Assembly: GCA_040756235.1 (NCBI GenBank)
Contig: JBFLZG010000146.1
Coordinates: 1-37,895 of the forward strand
Origin: a bacterium
GTDB taxonomy: Bacteria; Desulfobacterota; DSWW01
Direction: 5' to 3'
DNA: 37,895 nt
Shown here: in pieces, positions 31,433 to 37,895 of the stretch
Numbering within the stretch: position 1 is the first letter of the stretch
Layout of the letters: every line of letters starts with the position of its first letter
Notes under the pieces: model-generated
What the model was told of the DNA's origin: nothing
The model's input: only the letters and a program-made list of their open reading frames with translations
The model's database searches: none
Translations under genes and position numbers: made by a program

Positions 31433-34058
31433 CTATCCCAAGGGCCAGACCGCTCGAACCGTAGTGCCCCGGCCCACGGCAGACTCCACGGTCAAGCAGC
31501 CGCCGGCGAGCTGCGTCCGCTCCCGCATGCTGGCCAGGCCCAGGCCTCGGTTGATCGCTTCGCGTCTAGCCAACTCTTCCGGATCGAATCCTCGGCCGTC
31601 ATCTCGGATCACCAGCTCGATCTGGCGATCGTGTTGCCTAAGCGACAGGTGCACGAGGGCTGCCCCGCTGTGCTTGGCGGCGTTGTGGAGTGCCTCTTGG
31701 CAGATGCGGTACATCGTAGTTTTCAAGGCCATAGGCAGGTTGCTCTCATCGGCCGCCATCTCCTGTTGGACACGAATCTGAGGGCTCCCCTTTGTGAACT
31801 CCCGGCAGAGCCATGCCAGGGTGGCCACAATCCCAATATCGTCCAGAAAGGGAGGGTGAAGGGCGAGCTGAATCCGTTTCACTTCATCCATGACACGCTG
31901 GATGCCAGCGACGGCATCATGGATGGATTCGGTCATCTTCTGAGCCGCACCCCTGCCGCTGAGCTTGGCAGTATTCTCCAAGCCGAACTTCACGGCAGCC
32001 AGAGAGGAGCCCAGGCTGTCGTGGATGTCCTGAGCGATGAGCTTTCGTTCTTTCTCCTGGGCGACCAGGAGCTGCGTGGAGAGATGCCGGCAGCGGCCCT
32101 CGGAATCACTGAGCTCCGCTGTGCGCTCCCGGACACGGATCTCCAGTTCGTCGCGAGACCTGCGGAGATCCTCCTCCATTCGCTTCCGTTCAGTGATATC
32201 CTGAGTGATTCCGAAGCCGCCTAGCAGCTTGCCCACGGAGTCGAACTCGAGGTAAGCCTTCTCGCGGACCCATTTCACCCGCCCATCCGCCACGATTCGG
32301 TGCTCGATATCGTAAGGCTCGCCGGCTAGGCCCCGCCTTCCACCTGCTGTCCACGTACTGGCGGTCGTCTGGGTGGACGGTGTCCAGGAACGCCTCGTAG
32401 GTCAGCGGCGTGCCCTTGGGCACCCCGAAGATGCGGTGGTTCTCGTCGGACCACGTCAGCGCGTTTCGCTGCGTGTCCAGCCGCCACCAGCCGATCTGGC
32501 CCACCTCCTGGGCGCGGTCGAGGTCCTCCCGGCTCTGGCGCAACGCCTCCTCGGCCGCCTTGCGCTCGGTGATGTCCTGCATCGAGCCGATCATGCGCTT
32601 CGGTTTTCCGGAGGCGTCGCGCAGGACGAAGCCGCGGTCGAGCACGTTCGCTACGCTGCCGTTCCGTCTCAGGAAGCGGTATTCGTCCTTCCACTGGTGG
32701 CGCGACGCATCGTCGAGCACGCGATGAAAGCCCTCTGCGACACGCAGCCGATCGTCGGGATGGACGCGCTCTGACCACCAGGCTGCTGTCTGTGGCGCTT
32801 CGACGGCGTCCGTCCAGCCGAACACCTCAGCGCCCGCGCTACTCCAGCGTTGCGCGTCGTTTTCCACATCCCAGTCCCAGATAACATCGCGGGTGGCCTC
32901 CCAGGCCAGACGCAAGCGCTCTTCGCTCTCGCGCAGTGCCTGCTCGGCGCGCTTGCGCTCGGTGATGTCCACCAGGGTTGAAAGGATCAGCTTTTCGCCC
33001 CGGACGCTCAGTACCTGCGCCGAAAGCTGCGCCACGAAGACCTCTCCGGACTTCTTGTGGAATTCCTGCTCCCACCCAGGAATCGAGCCTTTGTCTTTCA
33101 ACTCTTCGACGAATCGCTTGTTGTCCTCGACGCTGGGCCAAATACGCATGGTCCTAATAGAATGCCCGATAGCCTCCTCTCGGGTGTACCCGTTCAACGC
33201 CACCCAGGTATCATTGACGTCCAAGAACAGTCCATCTGCCAGGCGTGTCAGGGAGATGGCGGCCGGATTGTTCGCAAACGCCAGGACGAACTTCTCCTCC
33301 GACAGGCGCAACGCCTCCTCGGCCACCGCGCGTTGCAGGGCCAGGCCGATGTTCTGCGCCAGGGTTTCGTAGAAGGCGATCAAGTCCGAGGCAAAAAGTC
33401 CGCTCCGGCGACCGTTCAGCTGCAGGAGGCCGAGAACTTCTTTGCCCGACCGGATGGGGAACAGCCCAACGGAGTCATAGCCGGCATGAATACAGCGGTT
33501 ACGAGGGTGGGTGCGCGGGTCGGCCTCGAGGGGCAGAGCGAGCAATTCCGGGGAGGAATTGGTCCAGAAGCTTCCGCCCGTTGTGAAGCAGGTCATCGTG
33601 GGATCGGTCCGCCCGGAAAGGACCAGTCCGCACGTGCATTCGAGGACCGCTCGGCCGTCTGCGTCGCGGACAATTGCTCCGTCGCCGCCCCGTTCACAAA
33701 GGAAATTCTCCTTCTGCAAGAACTCCTCCGAAAAGCCATCGTACTCGAAATAGGGGTAGTCCTCGCCCTGGCGCAGCCGCAACCCTACCGCATCGAACCC
33801 GCTCGATTTTCGGATGGAGCGTAGGGTATCGGCGATCAGCGCATGCAGGTCGCCGCCACGGTTGAGGATCTGCAAGATGTCCGTCAGCAAGGACTGGTTG
33901 GCTTCCGCCCGGCTTCGCCATCGGTTTCGTTCTTCTTCCGATAGCGCCGCCTCCTTACGGGCGCAGCGCTCTGCTTGCTCGCGAGCTTCACGCAACTCGT
34001 CGCGCAGACGCTGGACCTCCTCGAGGAGTTGCCCTTCGGCCTTGGAATGATCGTTCAT
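31433..34058 (-). pseudogene. GAF-PAS-PAS-PAS HisKA_3 sensor histidine kinase (HK2) with a 1-nt insertion in a G/C run
   Basis: ATG 34058 with GAGGTG RBS. ORF 32190-34175 and ORF 31433-32293 join as ...SRWKAG-LAGEPYDIEHRIVADGRVKW... if one C of CCCC (32331-32334) is removed. H-box ERKLIAQDIHDSLG, QEALHNAAKHS. Confidence 0.85.
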
Positions 34059-34202
34059 GAGACACCTCACGCGTGGCCCCTCGCCATGGACCCAGATGGG
34101 GCCACCCGACCTTGCAGATCGAACTGCGGAAACGCAAAATAGAACTAATAAAACTTTAGGACATGAGAGTCTCAAACTTCAATCTTCCGCCGCTCCTCCT
34201 GG

Positions 34203-34248
34203 TTAACAATCTGTCCTTTCTGGGCCCCCAGAGCCGACACTTTCATAA
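34203..34248. repeat. 46-bp dyad-symmetric site R3 (centre CC at 34225-34226)
   Basis: TTAACAATCTGTCCTTTCTGGG-CC-CCCAGAGCCGACACTTTCATAA; aligns to R1 and R2 without gaps. Confidence 0.8.
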
Positions 34249-34321
34249 CTTTTCCGGTATATGGATATGTAGAGGCATTGCACTCGACTTGAACCACCAG
34301 ACAGCGGGCTGGCCGCGGAGT

Positions 34322-34370
34322 GGAAACCGTTGTGGGTGTTGCCCCGGAGGGGCTGCTCATAGCGGTTTCC
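34322..34370 (+). other. Long strand-specific hairpin (terminator or structured RNA)
   Basis: GGAAACCGTTGTGGGTG(TT)GCCCC-gga-GGGGCTGCTCATAGCGGTTTCC pairs over 22 bp using five G:U pairs, so it folds well only on the + strand; followed by TTGTTTT. Confidence 0.5.
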
Positions 34371-34453
34371 TTGTTTTGACCTACCTCTCCGGTCCGCAAC
34401 ATCCCACCTGATCATCCGGATTCCGCACGGCCGTCTCGCGATGGAGACGGGGG

Positions 34454-34615
34454 ATGTACGGTACCGACGATCTCGGAGAAATGACCCCTGAGGCGCGCTT
34501 CATGGAGGTGGCCGCTATCCTGGCCAAGGGGCTCCTGTGCTTGGCCACACAGGCCGAAATCTTGCGCAACGTGGCCAAGGAAACGGAGGCCGCGGACGTT
34601 CCCGGCACAGGGTAA
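34454..34615 (+). CDS. Small 53-aa protein of the type recalled upstream of DUF2924/serine recombinase modules
   Basis: MYGTDDLGEMTPEARFMEVAAILAKGLLCL...; GGAG upstream; below the ORF-track length cutoff. Confidence 0.5.
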   Translation: MYGTDDLGEMTPEARFMEVAAILAKGLLCLATQAEILRNVAKETEAADVPGTG

Positions 34616-34736
34616 ATCCGCCACGAAAGAGGCTTCCGAGTCCCGTCAGAATAGACTTGACTGTTCCGGCGACTCGAGCGCTCATGCCACCTGGTTAACG
34701 CAGGTGAGAGGCACTCGAGAGAGGGAGGGAACGTGG

Positions 34737-35036
34737 ATGCTCGACATCGACCGGGAAGTCGCGAGGCTCAAGGCCATGAGCGCCGGAGAGCTCAGAGAGA
34801 GGTACCAGGAGGTCTTCGGAGAGCCCAGCCGATCGAGGAACAAGCCGTTCCTCTGGAAGCGGATCGCCTGGCGCCTGCAAGAGCTCGAGGAGGGAGGCCT
34901 CTCGGAGAGGGCCCGCCAGAGGGCAAGGGAACTGGCCAGGGCCGCGGACCTGCGGATCCGGCCTCCGAAGGGTACGTTCGAGCCGGCGGGTGAAGGAGGC
35001 CGAACAGCCGTGCATTCCTTCTCGCCCTCCGATGAC
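34737..35036 (+). pseudogene. DUF2924 domain protein, 3'-truncated
   Basis: MLDIDREVARLKAMSAGELRERYQEVFGEPSRSRNKPFLWKRIAWRLQELEEGGLSERARQRARELA..ADLR.RPP; the sequence switches to istA at about 35037. Confidence 0.75.
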
Positions 35037-35037
35037 T

Positions 35038-35596
35038 GCCCGCGACCAGCACGCCTCGGTGGCCCGCGCGCTCTACTCACTCCCGCGCGCCTTCCGCGGC
35101 CCAGAGACTCAAAGCAGTTGCCGACCGTTCCACGGTGCGCTTCTACCAGGGCCGAACCCTCGTCAAAGTGCATCCCCGAAAACCTCCCGGAGGCCGCTCG
35201 ACCGATCCGGTTGACTTCCCTCCGGAACGAGCCGCGTGCGCCTTCCGCGACATCGACTTCTTCCGGAGCCGGGCCCGCGAGCACGGTGATGCGGTGGGAC
35301 GCTTTGCCGAGCAGCTCCTGGCCGGTCCGCTCCCCTGGACCCGCATGCGGCGCGTTTACGCCCTGCTCGGCCTCTGTCGCCGCTACGGCGATGAGCGCGT
35401 CAACGAGGCCTGCACCCTGGCCCTCGAGGCCGCCATGCTCGACGTCCGCCGCCTGGAACGGATGCTGCTACTGGCGCCGCCTCCGGCGGCACTCTCGTCA
35501 GCGCGCCGAGCCGCTCCGGCCAGCCGCTATCTGTGGCCGCCCTCTCAGTACGCCTTGTTCCCGACAAACTTCGAACCGGAAGGAGGACAACCATGA
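35038..35596 (+). pseudogene. istA: IS21 transposase IstA C-terminal fragment with a frameshift near 35100
   Basis: ARDQHASVARALYSLPRAFRG / QRLKAVADRSTVRFYQGRTLVKVHPR..PGGRSTDP.DFP...LL.L.RRYG.ERV..AC..AL; stop overlaps the istB start (ATGA). Confidence 0.8.
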
Positions 35597-36411
35597 CCCC
35601 AGACGTCGTCTCGCAGGACCTCAAGACAGTTCTTCGCAGACTCAAGCTCGGCCGCATGCTGGACACCCTGCCCGAGCGCATGACCCTGGCCCGCCAGCAG
35701 CAGATGCCCCATCAGGACTTCCTGCTGCTCGTCCTTTCCGACGAGGCCTCCCGTCGGGACGGACAGGCCGCCAGGGTCCGCGCCCAGCGGGCTCACCTTG
35801 ACCCGGGCATGTGCCTGGAGCGCTGGGACGAGTCCGCCCAAGTCCGCTACGACTAGGCCCAGCTCAACGAGCTCATCTCCTTGCGCTTCGTCGAGAAACG
35901 CGCTCACGTTACGATCGTCGGCCCCGTGGGCGTGGGCAAGACCTTCCTCGCCCATGCCCTCGGACACATCGCCTGCCGGCGTGGCCACTCGGTTCTCGCC
36001 GTCCGCTCCGACCAGATGCTCAAGGCCTTGCGGCACGCGCACCTCGACAACTTCTACGAAACCGAACTGCGCAAGCTCGTCGCTGTCGACCTCCTCCTGG
36101 TTGACGACTTCGCTCTGGACACCATGGACACCGCCGAAAGCCGCGACACCTATGAGCTGTTGACCGAGCGCCATCGTTCCGGCTCCATGATCGATACTTC
36201 CAACCGCGGGCCCGACGAATGGCTGGCCACCTTCGCTGACCCCGTGCGCGCGCAGAGTGCCATCGACCGCTTCACCAACAACTCCTACGACCTCGTGATC
36301 GACGGAGAATCGTACCGACCACGCATGAAACCGCGACTGGCAGACGCACCTGGTATGTCCCCGAACGAGGCGGCCGCCCCAACCCGTCGCAGTCGACAGA
36401 GGCGAAGATGA
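35593..36411 (+). pseudogene. istB: IS21 helper ATPase IstB with an internal TAG at 35854-35856
   Basis: LRRLKL N-terminus, Walker A GPVGVGKTFLA.ALG, Walker B LLLVDD, TSNR, IDR, I.GESYR; same frame on both sides of the stop. Confidence 0.88.
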
Positions 36412-36497
36412 CGTGACACAACCTCCCTCCGGTTACACAGCGGTGGGGGGTGAAAAGTTTTGAAAAATGGGGGGTGAATACTTCTGAAAACCGACAG

Positions 36498-36641
36498 GCG
36501 TTTAAGGTCGGACGGTTCTGGCGCTCTCGGGGTCGCTGTCTTCCTGGCCAGCGTGATCATTACGCTGCGCAACTTCGTGTGATGGCCTCGGTCTTGCCAA
36601 TAGGCAGAGACTTGGATGGCCGGCGGGAATTATCAAAATGA
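36498..36641 (+). pseudogene. 3' remnant of an excisionase-like HTH gene cut by IS21
   Basis: Directly after the IS end reads AFKVGRFWR, matching AFKEGRFWR of the ORF at 37388. Confidence 0.5.
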
Positions 36642-36924
36642 ATCGTCCAGCTCAAGAGGTGAATCAGTTTGATAATTCTGCGCAGGAGCGGGCTTTTCAT
36701 ATCTCTCCGTAAATACGAACAAATCTTAAATCTTCCGTCCTGGCATGCCTTTTGAGTAGTACCCTCCAACGGGTATATCCGACGACCTTCTCTTCTGGAC
36801 CTGGAGATCCGCGACCCTCCATTTTGCCATGGTGTGGCCAATGGATCCATTTGTGCAGATTCGCAGTGTGCCGCTCCCTGGTGCGACTGGACCTTGTGCT
36901 GCCCTGCTGACGAAAGGAGCGCGA

Positions 36925-37314
36925 GTGGCCCCGAAAAGGATTCTTATCATCGAAGATGACCTCTCAGTGATCGCGTCCTACCTCGCAATCTTTGAAACCC
37001 TGCATATGGACTTCATCCCTTTGGTTGCAACCAGCTATGAGACCGCCGAGAGAATGTTGCTTTGTGAGAAGGTGGACCTCATGATTCTGGACCTGGTGCT
37101 TCCCGATGTTACCGCTTCTGAAATGCTGACTGGACTTCGGCGACGCTACCCCTGCGTTCCCATCCTCATTGTGACGGGCTTTCCAGAAGAGCTCGATCGA
37201 GTGAAGGGGATAGCCGCCGGGATTGTGGTCGCTGGCAGCTTCACGAAACCATTTTCTCCCGAGGTGCTTTGCCGGACCATAGAGGAATGCATCTCAGATC
37301 AGCCGAGACAATGA
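36925..37314 (+). CDS. Single-domain response regulator (receiver)
   Basis: ILIIEDD, DLMILD(phospho-Asp)LVLPD, ILIVTG, KPF; AAGGAG before GTG 36925. Confidence 0.85.
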   Translation: MAPKRILIIEDDLSVIASYLAIFETLHMDFIPLVATSYETAERMLLCEKVDLMILDLVLPDVTASEMLTGLRRRYPCVPILIVTGFPEELDRVKGIAAGIVVAGSFTKPFSPEVLCRTIEECISDQPRQ

Positions 37315-37387
37315 TGGTCTGTCATGCGGTTGGGTCGACGCCAGTGACGCTATTGAGAAGAATCTCAGTCAGTGATGGGTTGCCAGA

Positions 37388-37895
37388 ATGAAGGCTCACG
37401 GGCAGTACTTAAGATCCAAGGATGTAGCCCACATCTTCGACTGCAGCCCTGACGATGTGATCGAGCTTGCGCGGGAGGGGAAGCTCAGAGCGTTTAAAGA
37501 GGGAAGGTTCTGGAGGTTTCGCCAAGCTGACGTGATCGCTCACAAGAAGCGGATGGAAGTCACCGTCGAGGGAGAAACCATGGCTCTCTTTGACGGCCTT
37601 CTCCTGGAGGGGAACAGGCCAGTACTCAAGGACTTGGCCGTATCGATCGAGGCCGAACCTCATACCCGGAGGTGGCACGCCGTTTTCAGCGTTCAGGCCA
37701 GGGATCTCAAAGAAATCGGTGATGACGTTCTGTATACGTTGGCCTTGGAGGACGGGCGCACGGGATTGGTGATCAGCGACAATCAAAATTCCCGTCTGGC
37801 GTCAATTAAAATTCCCGTTGTGAGAAAGCAAACATTAGACTATCCGAGCACTCCAGGGGAGAGGAGGCTCGGATGGTCACGGATGCTCAGGTGAG
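37388..37895 (+). CDS. Excisionase-family (HTH_17) DNA-binding protein with a C-terminal extension, truncated by the window end
   Basis: YLRSKDVAHIFDCSPDDVIELAREGKLRAFKEGRFWRFRQADV; internal GGAG-ATG at 37580 may start a separate domain or gene. Confidence 0.72.

Larger units (their letters stand above)
35037..36496 (+). mobile_element. IS21-family element remnant (left end and most of istA missing)
   Basis: istA 3' part, istB, and a right end with two 23-bp direct repeats (36444-36466, 36468-36490) terminating in CCGACA. Confidence 0.88.

Noticed and set aside
29325..34248. R1-R3 as classical integron attC or dif/pdif sites
   Set aside because: No RYYYAAC...GTTRRRY box arrangement, no intI, and no 11-6-11 XerC/XerD layout; the symmetry is around a 2-bp centre.
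35854..35856. In-frame TAG in istB (and at 28947) as pyrrolysine or recoding
   Set aside because: Both lie in decayed elements, no pyl genes are in the window, and TAG is used as a normal stop by several intact genes here.

Overview
GC-rich bacterial chromosome segment. Gene content (PAS/GAF HisKA_3 kinases, DUF1329, a CBS-domain tRNA nucleotidyltransferase) suggests an anaerobic deltaproteobacterium or Desulfobacterota-like organism; that assignment is an inference. The left half (1-~20,000) looks like core genome: a large PAS/GAF sensor kinase, a lactonase/acyl-CoA ligase/APH-kinase trio, mutS-xerD, a DHH/CBS tRNA nucleotidyltransferase, site-2 protease-scpA-scpB-rluB and an initiator tRNA-Met. 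Its intergenic regions carry several palindromic MITE/REP-like families, including a nested 208-bp MITE with a 6-bp target duplication. The right half (~20,000-end) is an accessory, partly decayed region starting right after the tRNA. It holds (i) an XRE-cupin regulator divergent from a CocE hydrolase-DUF1329-adenine deaminase-like-formiminotransferase-(cyclase::cyclodeaminase fusion) operon; (ii) two paralogous sensor-kinase genes bracketed by three direct copies of a 46-bp dyad-symmetric site with a 2-bp centre, resembling a serine-recombinase att site, next to a truncated DUF2924 module; (iii) an IS21 remnant, a receiver-domain gene and an excisionase-like HTH gene. The strongest candidates for something undescribed are the att-like kinase cassette array and the formimino-transfer catabolic operon. 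All protein calls come from motif recognition by eye; no database search was run.
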